The notes under the pieces: model-generated
Told to the model about the DNA's origin: nothing
Seen by the model: the letters and a program-made list of their open reading frames with translations, nothing else
Databases searched by the model: none
Position numbers and translations under genes: made by a program
Shown here: one piece after another, positions 25,615 to 34,761 of the stretch
How positions within the stretch are numbered: position 1 is the stretch's first letter
Layout of the letters: every line of letters begins with the position of its first letter
DNA from: an uncultured Gammaproteobacteria bacterium
Lineage (GTDB): Bacteria; Patescibacteriota; Patescibacteriia; Buchananbacterales; UBA6539
Length of the DNA: 64,000 nucleotides
Direction of reading: 5' to 3'
NCBI GenBank assembly: GCA_964535715.1
Contig: CAZHUO010000002.1
Coordinates: forward strand, 16,916 to 80,915

Positions 25615-26178
25615 ATGAAACCTTTGAAATTCAATGAAAAACTGATTTTACTGAAGCTGAAAAAAAAGGATCCGGAAGCATTTTCTCAAATATATGATCT
25701 GTATGTGACTCCGATATATAGGTTCATTTATTTTAAGGTTGCTACTCGTCAGGATGCGGAGGATTTGACATCGGAAGCTTTTTTAAAAGTTTGGCAATAT
25801 ATTGCTGAAACAGAAAATGAAGTTGAAAATTTAAGAGCTTTTCTTTACAAGACCGCACGCAATTTGGTGATAGATTTTTATCGCCGCAATGCCAAAAGAG
25901 ATATTACCCAGGACATTGAAGTATTGAGCTCCGTACAAGATGAAAGGCAGCAAGATCTTTTATCCAGGATTGAAACCAAGATTGATATGGAAAATATGGA
26001 AACGATTTTGCGCAAGATGAAAGATGAATATCGGGAAATTATAATTTTACGCTACATTGAAGAACTTTCAATCAATGAAATTGCAAAAGTTCTGGAACGT
26101 TCAAAAGGTTCAGCCAGAGTTTTGCTTCATCGGGCATTGAAAGTCGCCAGAGAATTGCTTAAAAAAAATGGAAAATAA
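25615..26178 (+). CDS. RNA polymerase sigma factor, ECF subfamily (sigma-70 regions 2 and 4)
   Basis: Sigma-70 regions 2 and 4 are recognisable. First ATG used; the ORF track starts at TTG 25591. Confidence 0.85.
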   Translation: MKPLKFNEKLILLKLKKKDPEAFSQIYDLYVTPIYRFIYFKVATRQDAEDLTSEAFLKVWQYIAETENEVENLRAFLYKTARNLVIDFYRRNAKRDITQDIEVLSSVQDERQQDLLSRIETKIDMENMETILRKMKDEYREIIILRYIEELSINEIAKVLERSKGSARVLLHRALKVARELLKKNGK

Positions 26179-27052
26179 AATACTCATCAAAGAGATTAAA
26201 AAATTAAGAAAAGAAATTACCCCATCTGAAACATGGGTTAATTTTAGTAAGAGCAGTTTATTAAAGCAAATCAATCCGCAAAATCAATATCATGAAGAAA
26301 AAATCGGTTTGGGGGGATATCTTTATTTATTTACCAATACGTTCCGCCAAACGCTTTTGCAGCCGGCAATAATGATGCTTATGGTTTTAGTTACATTTTT
26401 AGGAAGCAGTCTGTCAATCAATGCCGCTTTTTACAGTCTGCCTGGCGAGTACTTATATAATGTTAAGCTGGCGCTTGAGAAAACTCATATGGCTTTGACT
26501 CCGCAAGAGCAAAAAGCTCAGCTTCAGGTTGAATTTGTCCAAAAGCGGGTTTTGGAGTTTGAAAAGATTGTTTCTCAGCCAGACATTGAGCCTCAGGAGA
26601 TGAAAAGAAGAATTCAAACCGTTGCCAAAGAATTTAAAAATAATATTTCCAATGTAAATAATCAGCTGGCGATAATCAGCCAGAATATGAATAGTACCGA
26701 AATCGGAGATGATGTTTTGGCTCAGGATAAGGAAAAAACTTTGCAAATGGCGGTATCGGTAAGCGAAAAAACGAAAGAATTAGTTAAAACATTCGGTGAT
26801 AAAGTAAATTCGCTTCCGCAAGAGGATTTGACTGAGCTTGAAAATATAGTTATTGATGTCGCTCAGACTGTCGAGGATGTAAATAATTCAGCCGAACAAT
26901 TATCCGGTGATAAAGATAATCCGGCAGATGAAAGCGCTGCCCAGCAGGGAGAAGTTAAAGGAGCTGAAAACACTGATGAAAATAAAATAGAAAATACCGC
27001 AAATACTGAAGCGGAAAAAACCAATGATCAGGATTTAGAAGCTAGTAATTAA
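26168..27052 (+). CDS. putative anti-sigma factor / single-pass membrane protein with an acidic C-terminal tail
   Basis: Overlaps the sigma gene by 11 nt. One TM at about residues 65-90. Assignment is from context. Confidence 0.45.
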   Translation: MENKILIKEIKKLRKEITPSETWVNFSKSSLLKQINPQNQYHEEKIGLGGYLYLFTNTFRQTLLQPAIMMLMVLVTFLGSSLSINAAFYSLPGEYLYNVKLALEKTHMALTPQEQKAQLQVEFVQKRVLEFEKIVSQPDIEPQEMKRRIQTVAKEFKNNISNVNNQLAIISQNMNSTEIGDDVLAQDKEKTLQMAVSVSEKTKELVKTFGDKVNSLPQEDLTELENIVIDVAQTVEDVNNSAEQLSGDKDNPADESAAQQGEVKGAENTDENKIENTANTEAEKTNDQDLEASN

Positions 27053-27311
27053 TTTATTTTAAACCCAACCAAGTTTTAATATAAAGTTGGGAGTTAATTA
27101 GTTCATTAATACTTTTTTGGAGAATTAGGGTCTGAGTTCCCTTGAATTTTTTAGGCAAAGGCCGACTCAATGAGTTGAGGTCTAAAAAACTAAAGGCGAT
27201 CAGGACTTAGGCAGCTTTAAAAAGCTCAGTGATATTGTTAGGTTCGCCTAGGCGTAGCAAGATCACTTGCCTAACCAGAAAAACTAATGAATTAAGAAAG
27301 GAAAATTAAAC

Positions 27312-30300
27312 ATGAAAAAATTATTAACCTACAGCCTGGTAATCACTACCATTGTATGGTCTGTCGGTTTAATCGCAATGCCTTTGGGAGTTGCGGCTGT
27401 TTCTTCTGGAAGCCTTATTAAAAAGGCTGACAGTCCAGCTGTCTACTACTTGGGTGCAGATGGAAAGAGATATGCTTTCCCGCGATCTGAAATCTACATG
27501 ACCTGGTATAGCAACTATTCCGGCGTAGAAGTTGTAAGCGATGAAGTTTTCAACTCTTATGCTTATGGTGGCAGTGTATTCCCGAAACCGGGCGTTAAAT
27601 TGGTTCAATTCGTCGATGGTGAAACACCATGGCACGTTTTGGATCCAAAAGTATATGCAGTTGCCGGTGATGGCGTCTTAAGACACATTACCACTGCTGA
27701 AGCTGCTGTAAGTATATTTGGTGCAAACTGGGAAACAATGATCATCCCGATTATTGAATTGCTTGCTTCTGAATACACTTTCGGCGCAGACATTGTTTCT
27801 GCTTCTGATTTCGACAAAGCTGCAGAAACTGCCGAATCTTCCACAATTAATGAAAATCAGAATTTAGGTGGAGTAGTTTCCGGCGGAACAAGCTTGACCG
27901 TTTCTTTAGCTGCTGACACCCCGGCTTCCGGGATTGTCGTTGCCAATGCCGGCCGAGTTCCATACACCAAAGTTAATCTAACCGCTTCAGCCGATGGTGA
28001 CATCACTATTGACAGTTGGGTAGTTTTAAGAGCCGGTTTAGCCCAGGATGCCGCTTTTTCAAGCGTTGACATCTTAGACGGCGCAACCATGCTTCCGATT
28101 AACGAAACCGGAAAAACCTTCAATTCAACCCACAAAGCTAACTTTACTGAAGATTTTGTTATTCCAGCCGGAACAACCAGATCGATTTATTTAGCCGGTA
28201 ATATGGGTGCCACAGGATCATATGCTGGTGAGACTCCGGCTTTAGCTTTGGAATCAGTTGTCTTAAAGAGCGGTGGTGCAGTTATTGGTTCATTGCCGAT
28301 TACCGGTAATTACCAGACTGTAAACGGTACCATTACTATTGGTACTGCCACTGTCAGCAGAGGTGCATACACCAATGCCACTGACACAACCTTGGAAGTT
28401 GGAAAAACCGCTTACACCTTTTTCTCTTTCAAGATTGAAAATGGTTCTGCTGAAAAAGTATCTTTCAGCAATATAAAAGTTTATCAAAAAGGCAGCGCTT
28501 CTTTGAGCACTGACTTGGATAACTTGGCTTTGTACCAGGATGGCACAAAGGTTGCTGACGGAACAGTTTCCGGCAATTATATCACATTTGTTTTCACCCC
28601 GATTGCTTTTGAAAAGGGTGCAACCAAACAGTATCAGGTAAAAGGCGATATAATTTCCGGCTCTGCCAGGGTTATTGAGCTTGGTATTTACCGCTCAACC
28701 GACCTTTTGGTAAAAGGTGAAACTTACGGTTATAACATTACTCCTACATATAGCGGAACCGGATCTTCTTCAAGCAACCCGGTTTTACAGGACAATGAAT
28801 TTACTGTTTCTCAAGGAACATTTAGAGTCGGTCGATCAAGCACTGTTGGTTCTGAAAACATCGCTGTTGGCGACAATCAGACTTTAGGAGCCTTTGAATT
28901 AGAAGCCAAAGGCGAACCGATTATCGTTTCTGCTTTAACTTTGACTATTGTGTCTTCAACTGTTGGTGCAACCATTCTTGAAGATGCTTTGCAGTCAGTT
29001 AAATTAGTTGATGCTTCCGGAGCTACTGTTGCCGGTCCAACTGATGTTACAAACAACGCTTTAACAGTTGCTTTCACTGATTCATTTACTGTTCCTGTTG
29101 GAGTAAATCATTATAAAGTAGTTGGTAATATTGCTACTAATGGCGGCTGGATCTCAAATAATACTATTTATGCAAAGATTTCCACCCCGGCCACAGCCAT
29201 TACTGCTAAAGGAGAAAATACCGGTTTAAGCATTACCCCAACACCGGCTGCAGACATTACTACTGCCACTCAAACAGTTAAAGCCGCAAATGTAACAGTC
29301 AGCAAGAATTCAACTCCAACCAATAAATCTGTTATTACTAACAGTACCGGAGTTTTAATCGGCAGCTGGTCATTTGATGCAAGTAATTCAGGTGAAGACA
29401 TCAGAATTACCTCAATTGCAATCAAGGCTTCAAGTACCGGCAAGTTGAATAATCTAACCTTAAAAGATGGCTCAACTGCTTTAGATCCGACAAACGATGC
29501 TGTCACTGCAACAACTATTGCTGCTCCGACAACTTCTACCTTTGCTTTATCAGAACCGATTATAATCACTAAAGGCACTTCAAAGACAATTAACCTTTAC
29601 GCTGATATTGGTTCAGATGCATTACAAGGTGAAGTGGATGCTTGGGGCATTACCTCAGGCGCCGCAGTAACTGCTTATGGCGTCACTACTGGTAATTCCG
29701 CCAATGTTTCTGTCACTGCAAGCGATGGTGCATTAGTTACAATTGCAACAGCCGGTACTATTGAATTTCTTGAACATGCAGACTCATTAACACAACGCTT
29801 AGTTGTTGATGGCTCTACTGCCCAGGCCTTGACTGATATGAAAGTTAAAGCTACCAATGAAGATGTAGATATTACTAGTTTAACTATCTATGTCCAAGAT
29901 GGTGGTTTAACCGGTACCGGAGCTGGCAGCTATACCCAGTTATCAAAGGTATATCTTAAATTGGATGGTACAATTGTCGGCAACGTTGATGGTTATAACA
30001 TGGCCGACGCTTCAAAATTAATCAATCTTGAAAGAGGCCAATTAACCATTCCAAAAGGCGATGCTGGTAAAAAATTAAGCATTTTAGGCGATATAGTTGA
30101 AATCGGAACCGGTGAGCCGGGAACTGAAGCTGTTGATATCAAAGTCGGCATTTCTGATCCTGCCACCACTGTTGGTGCAGGTTCTAATGCCAGTGCAGCA
30201 AGGACTTATACAGACGCTTCCGGTTCAGCCGTCATCATTCATGAAGCTGTACCGCAAGTTGCAATCGTTCCGGTAGCAACATTTGGTGGTAGTTTGGCTT

Positions 30301-30881
30301 CCGGGCATCTTCACAGAACCAATATCACAGCAGTCGGCGGTCCTATTGGCATCTGGAGAATGTCTTATGAAGTAACTACCAATACCGCAACTCTTGATGC
30401 TAATACTGCCTATTTGTATTGTGCTTCAGGTTGCAGCGGTATACCAAATGGTACTCAATTATCCGCTACTTCTGATGGTGCCGACGTTGAAGCCCAATCC
30501 CGTGAAAACTTTTTCCTAGAAGTCGATTCCTCTTTTGCTAACAGCAAATCATACGTTCAGATTGCTGAGAACGCAACTGCGGTAATTGACCTTTATGCAA
30601 CTATTTCCGGCCAAAGTACTACTCAAGTTGATAGTGCTGTTGTCAGATTGTTGGGCGACCAAGCTACAACTACAGCTGACAATTTAACCGGTAATGCCGC
30701 TACTACATCAGTCTGGGGTGAAACCGATCAAGTTCATAATAACTTCATCTGGTCATCTCTGTACTCAGACAGCAGTAATTCCGCAGCTGCTTTAGCTGCT
30801 GAACAATGGTTTAATGGTTATTTGGTGAGCGGTATGGGAACAGCAGTCAGTACTACACCTATTAGTATCCCGGAATCATAA
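27312..30881 (+). CDS. large secreted T/S/G/A/V-rich surface protein (1189 aa); S-layer or adhesin-like with repeated Ig-like/beta-sandwich segments
   Basis: Signal peptide with a low-complexity beta-rich composition. A structured 250-nt leader contains the CGCCTAGGCG palindrome. Confidence 0.7.
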   Translation: MKKLLTYSLVITTIVWSVGLIAMPLGVAAVSSGSLIKKADSPAVYYLGADGKRYAFPRSEIYMTWYSNYSGVEVVSDEVFNSYAYGGSVFPKPGVKLVQFVDGETPWHVLDPKVYAVAGDGVLRHITTAEAAVSIFGANWETMIIPIIELLASEYTFGADIVSASDFDKAAETAESSTINENQNLGGVVSGGTSLTVSLAADTPASGIVVANAGRVPYTKVNLTASADGDITIDSWVVLRAGLAQDAAFSSVDILDGATMLPINETGKTFNSTHKANFTEDFVIPAGTTRSIYLAGNMGATGSYAGETPALALESVVLKSGGAVIGSLPITGNYQTVNGTITIGTATVSRGAYTNATDTTLEVGKTAYTFFSFKIENGSAEKVSFSNIKVYQKGSASLSTDLDNLALYQDGTKVADGTVSGNYITFVFTPIAFEKGATKQYQVKGDIISGSARVIELGIYRSTDLLVKGETYGYNITPTYSGTGSSSSNPVLQDNEFTVSQGTFRVGRSSTVGSENIAVGDNQTLGAFELEAKGEPIIVSALTLTIVSSTVGATILEDALQSVKLVDASGATVAGPTDVTNNALTVAFTDSFTVPVGVNHYKVVGNIATNGGWISNNTIYAKISTPATAITAKGENTGLSITPTPAADITTATQTVKAANVTVSKNSTPTNKSVITNSTGVLIGSWSFDASNSGEDIRITSIAIKASSTGKLNNLTLKDGSTALDPTNDAVTATTIAAPTTSTFALSEPIIITKGTSKTINLYADIGSDALQGEVDAWGITSGAAVTAYGVTTGNSANVSVTASDGALVTIATAGTIEFLEHADSLTQRLVVDGSTAQALTDMKVKATNEDVDITSLTIYVQDGGLTGTGAGSYTQLSKVYLKLDGTIVGNVDGYNMADASKLINLERGQLTIPKGDAGKKLSILGDIVEIGTGEPGTEAVDIKVGISDPATTVGAGSNASAARTYTDASGSAVIIHEAVPQVAIVPVATFGGSLASGHLHRTNITAVGGPIGIWRMSYEVTTNTATLDANTAYLYCASGCSGIPNGTQLSATSDGADVEAQSRENFFLEVDSSFANSKSYVQIAENATAVIDLYATISGQSTTQVDSAVVRLLGDQATTTADNLTGNAATTSVWGETDQVHNNFIWSSLYSDSSNSAAALAAEQWFNGYLVSGMGTAVSTTPISIPES

Positions 30882-30940
30882 TAAGATTTTCGCGATCCGA
30901 TATAGATTCTTATAGATAAAATTTCTATAGGATGAATAAA

Positions 30941-30981
30941 ATCAAGAAGCCCTGCCAAAAGCGGGGCTCTTGATTTTATTG
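30941..30981 (+). terminator. intrinsic terminator
   Basis: ATCAAGAAGCCCTGC-caaaa-GCGGGGCTCTTGAT followed by TTTATT. Confidence 0.55.
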
Positions 30982-30999
30982 GGTTTTTGGGTTAAAATG

Positions 31000-31224
31000 A
31001 GGACATATTGTCATTCTGAATTTATTACTGCTTTGTCATCCTGAATTCATTTCAGGATCCAGTAAAGCCTAGAGTGACAAGTCTAGAAAAAAAGCACCCC
31101 CTTTGTCATCCTGAAATTGGTTCAGGATCTGGAAAAGTCTAGAAAGCACCTCCTTGTCATTTCGAGCGACTCACCGAAGCCTAAAAGGCGGAGGTGAGGA
31201 GTCGAGAAATCCCACACGTAAATT
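31000..31224 (+). repeat. four tandem degenerate units (~50-70 nt), each a nested hairpin beginning TTGTCAT(C/T)CTGAA
   Basis: TCCTGAA-ttcat-TTCAGGA and TCCTGAA-attgg-TTCAGGA perfect inverted repeats. AGTCTAGAAA..GCACC recurs. Confidence 0.5.
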
Positions 31225-31521
31225 ATGCAAGAAAAAGAATACTATACATATATCATGATGAACAGGTGGAACACGGTTTCTTATGTCGGAATAAGCGGCG
31301 ATCTTTCCTTTAGGGTTTGGCAGCACAAAGAAAAGGTAAATGAAGGTTTTACTAAAAAATACAACATCAATAAGTTAGTTTATTATGAAACCTATGATAA
31401 TCCCGATGACGCCATTGTCAGAGAAAAACAGTTGAAACGGTGGAACAGAAAGAAAAAGGTTGATTTAATAAAAAAAGAAAATCCTGAATTTAAGGACTTA
31501 TCGGATGGTTGGGAGGTGTGA
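31225..31521 (+). CDS. small GIY-YIG nuclease family protein (UPF0213/YhbQ-like), 98 aa
   Basis: YYTYIMMN...VSYVGIS...R..QH motif. Paralogous to the 15842 gene. Confidence 0.75.
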   Translation: MQEKEYYTYIMMNRWNTVSYVGISGDLSFRVWQHKEKVNEGFTKKYNINKLVYYETYDNPDDAIVREKQLKRWNRKKKVDLIKKENPEFKDLSDGWEV

Positions 31522-31677
31522 GATCTCTCCACTCCTCTTTTAAATAAAACAAAGTCGTCGGTCGAGATGACTAAGCGAGAGATTTTTTTCAGCCCTAGCT
31601 AATGGGATTCTTAAACTAGTTCAGAGTGGCAATAAAGAAAATAAAGCCTCTAAATTTAATCCTTAATCCTTACAAAA

Positions 31678-32421
31678 ATGTCTGAGAAAAAAAGAAAAAT
31701 AATTATATCTTTAGCTGTTGCTTTTGGCATTATTTTAATTATCGCCGGTCTGCTTTTTTATTATCAGAAGCAGGGAATGATAAAAATATTTCCAACCAAA
31801 GAAGAAAAAGAAATTGCCAAAATTTTGGAAATTGACAGAGAAAAGCTTCGTCCGGCTCAGGATTTATCGCAAGAAGATTTTGAAAAGATAATTAAAGAGC
31901 TTGAAAAAGAGAAAGAAAATGTTTTGTCAGATCCAAAAAGCGCAACCGCCTGGCATGAATTTGCAATCCTTAAAAATTTTTTAAACGATCACCAAGGCGC
32001 TGTTGAAGCCTGGGAAATGTCTTTTGAGATTCAGCCAAATAATTTTAGAACGGCGTTGAATTTGGCAAATACTTGTCAGTATTTTGTAAAAGATTATCCA
32101 AAAGCCGAGTACTATTACAGAAAAGTTTTAGAATTACAGCCCCAATTAACCTCGGCATTTGACGGACTAATGGATCTTTATCGCTATAATTATAAAGAAA
32201 AGCAAAGTGAATACGAGCCATTGGTTTTGCAGGGAATTGAAAATGATCAGGCTAATGCCGCGGCTTATTATTCGAGCCTGATTGGGTTTTTTATGTCAGA
32301 AGAGACATCAAATGAAGAAAAGGCCGTCAAGTATTGGGAAAAGCTTAATAGTATTGATTCAGTCAAAGCTGAAGCGGCTTTTGATTCTTATCCAAAACTT
32401 AAAGAACTAGTAGAAAAATAG
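31678..32421 (+). CDS. TPR-repeat protein with N-terminal TM
   Basis: One TM followed by TPR-like helical repeats. Confidence 0.6.
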   Translation: MSEKKRKIIISLAVAFGIILIIAGLLFYYQKQGMIKIFPTKEEKEIAKILEIDREKLRPAQDLSQEDFEKIIKELEKEKENVLSDPKSATAWHEFAILKNFLNDHQGAVEAWEMSFEIQPNNFRTALNLANTCQYFVKDYPKAEYYYRKVLELQPQLTSAFDGLMDLYRYNYKEKQSEYEPLVLQGIENDQANAAAYYSSLIGFFMSEETSNEEKAVKYWEKLNSIDSVKAEAAFDSYPKLKELVEK

Positions 32422-32422
32422 T

Positions 32423-34759
32423 ATGGGTTATAAAAATATTTTAGAAAAAATCAGCATTGGCGCGATTTTTTTTGGAATCGGCGTCACTTTATTTGTTCCG
32501 TTAATTACCAATAGTAATTTTGTTTTTCCTTTTATATTTCCAAAAGTAATTATTTTTCGCGTTGCAGTTTCCTTGATCTTTTTATTTTATTTACTTTTGG
32601 TTTATCTTGATAAAAAATATCTGCCCAGATTGAATTTAATTTTTTGGTTGATCTTTGGTTTTATCTTTATTGCTTTTGTTTCATCATTTTTCGGCCTTGA
32701 TTTTTATTTAAGTTTTTGGGGTGATATTGAAAGAAGTGAAGGTCTAATTTTATGGCTTCATTTGATGGCTTATTTCATAGTCTTATCCGGGGTTTTAAAT
32801 AATGAGAAGATTTGGCTGATTTTTTTTGATGTGTCATTATTTTCCAGTCTCCTTCTTTGTCTTTTTGCTTTAGCCCAGATTTTTAAGGTTGAATCGGTAT
32901 TAAATACAACCGGTGAAAGAGTCTCATCAACTATCGGTAATCCGGCATTTTTAGCGGTATATTTGATGTTTCAGCTGGCATTTTGCGCTTATTTGTTTAT
33001 AAAAAGGCCGATTTATTTAAAGTTTTATTATGTCGCATTGTTTTTATTTTTTTCCTATATCATTATTGAAACCGAGACTAGGGGAGCAGCAGTTGGATTA
33101 GCTGTTGCCTTTTTAGTTTCCGGCGGCTTATTTTTGCTGACAACAAAAAATAAAATAGTCAGGGTAGTATCCTTAATTTTAATTTCTTTTGTTATTTTAA
33201 GCAGCACCTTGATATATATTGGCCGAGATACCGATTTTATTAAAAATGATCCGACTTTGCGCCGCCTAGCTTCCATATCATTAAACAGCCCGACGGTTAA
33301 AACCCGTTTAGTCGCCTGGCAAGCTGCATGGAATGGCTGGCAGGATAGTTTTATTTTGGGTTATGGATTGGAAAATTTTAATAAAATTTTTGACAAAAAT
33401 TTTCCGCCTTCAATTTATGAAGAAGAAGGCTCGCAAGTTTGGTTTGACCGGGCGCATAATTTTATTTTTGACCGAGGTTTAACAAGCGGTATTTTGGGGC
33501 TTTCTCTGTATTTGGCTTTTATTTTATTGCCATCAGTAATATTTTTAAAAAAGATCTTTTTGAAGCCTGATGAGGAGGATGAAAAAGATGAGGCAGATTA
33601 TTATTTGTACATAATCTTTATCAGCTTTACCGTCGGTTTTTTAATTCAAAATTTATTTGTCTTTGAAACAGTCACAACTTATATTATTTTATTTTTCTGC
33701 TGGGCTTTTATTTCTTCTAAAATTGATTTGTTCAGATTAAAATTGGAAATAAACAATAAGATATGGTTTTCAGCATTTGTTTTATTTTTGATTTTATTAA
33801 CCCCTTTAATTTGGTTTTCTGATATTAAGCCGGCTTTGGCAAATGCCGAAGTGGCCAAGGCTTTGCATTTAGAAAAAAATTTAAGCGACCCAAAAGCCAA
33901 GTATGATTTTTTTGATGTGGTTGATGAATTTAAAAAAGGGCTAAAGATTCAAACATATGGCCTGCCGGAATACAGAATTCAATTTATTGAGTTTTTATAT
34001 AATCAGCTGGCGAATGTTGGATCGGTATCAGAAAAAGTCAAGCCCGAACTTTTATATGGCCAGGAAATTATTAATGATCATCTATTGCAAAGGCCCAACG
34101 ATGCCAAAAGCTATCTTTTGGCCATGAGATTTTATAATTACACTTTTAATTCTTTACCAGGCCAAGAAATTGAACGTTTGGACACTTCACTTGTTTTTTT
34201 CCCAAAGCTTAAAGAATTAAGCCCGACTCGGCCGCATGTTTATCAGGAAGCCGGATTTTCTGAGCTTTATAAATTTAGAATATATCAACAAAATAATGAT
34301 TTAGATTTAGCTGAAAAGTCCAAAGAAAAGGCTGAAGAATATTTTAAGCAAGCAGTAAAATTAAATCCGAAGGTTGTTGAGTCGCATATTAATTTAATAA
34401 TGCTTTATTTAAATTCCGGACAAGATGAAAAAATTCAGGAGGTCATAAATAATATGGAAGAAAACGAGGCTGATTTTAGAGATGCTGATTATCTCAGTCG
34501 TTTAATCAGTCTTTCCGTTGGCAATAAAAATTATAAATGGTCAGTTTGGTTTGCCGAAGAATTCATTAAAATAGATCAGAAAAATCTCGGCGCATGGAAT
34601 AATTTGGCCATATCTTATGCATATCTTGGCCAAGATGAAAAAGCAATAGAAATTGCAGAAAAAATGAAAGAAATTTTTTCCGGAACTTATGGTTTGAATA
34701 ACGACATTAATTTGTTTATTCAATCGATTAAAGCCGGAAAATACAAGGAAAAAGATTGA
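32423..34759 (+). CDS. O-antigen ligase (Wzy_C) domain polytopic membrane protein with a C-terminal TPR domain
   Basis: About 12 TM segments and the ETETRGAAVGLAVAF region. The ~330 C-terminal residues are TPR-like. Confidence 0.6.
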   Translation: MGYKNILEKISIGAIFFGIGVTLFVPLITNSNFVFPFIFPKVIIFRVAVSLIFLFYLLLVYLDKKYLPRLNLIFWLIFGFIFIAFVSSFFGLDFYLSFWGDIERSEGLILWLHLMAYFIVLSGVLNNEKIWLIFFDVSLFSSLLLCLFALAQIFKVESVLNTTGERVSSTIGNPAFLAVYLMFQLAFCAYLFIKRPIYLKFYYVALFLFFSYIIIETETRGAAVGLAVAFLVSGGLFLLTTKNKIVRVVSLILISFVILSSTLIYIGRDTDFIKNDPTLRRLASISLNSPTVKTRLVAWQAAWNGWQDSFILGYGLENFNKIFDKNFPPSIYEEEGSQVWFDRAHNFIFDRGLTSGILGLSLYLAFILLPSVIFLKKIFLKPDEEDEKDEADYYLYIIFISFTVGFLIQNLFVFETVTTYIILFFCWAFISSKIDLFRLKLEINNKIWFSAFVLFLILLTPLIWFSDIKPALANAEVAKALHLEKNLSDPKAKYDFFDVVDEFKKGLKIQTYGLPEYRIQFIEFLYNQLANVGSVSEKVKPELLYGQEIINDHLLQRPNDAKSYLLAMRFYNYTFNSLPGQEIERLDTSLVFFPKLKELSPTRPHVYQEAGFSELYKFRIYQQNNDLDLAEKSKEKAEEYFKQAVKLNPKVVESHINLIMLYLNSGQDEKIQEVINNMEENEADFRDADYLSRLISLSVGNKNYKWSVWFAEEFIKIDQKNLGAWNNLAISYAYLGQDEKAIEIAEKMKEIFSGTYGLNNDINLFIQSIKAGKYKEKD

Positions 34760-34761
34760 TT

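Noticed and set aside
27369-29857. Multiple 60-100-aa ORFs on the - strand inside the large surface protein gene
   Set aside because: They are antisense frames within a long, compositionally biased CDS.
31000-31224. CRISPR array
   Set aside because: The repeats are degenerate, of unequal length and mutually hairpin-forming, with no unique spacers and no cas genes.
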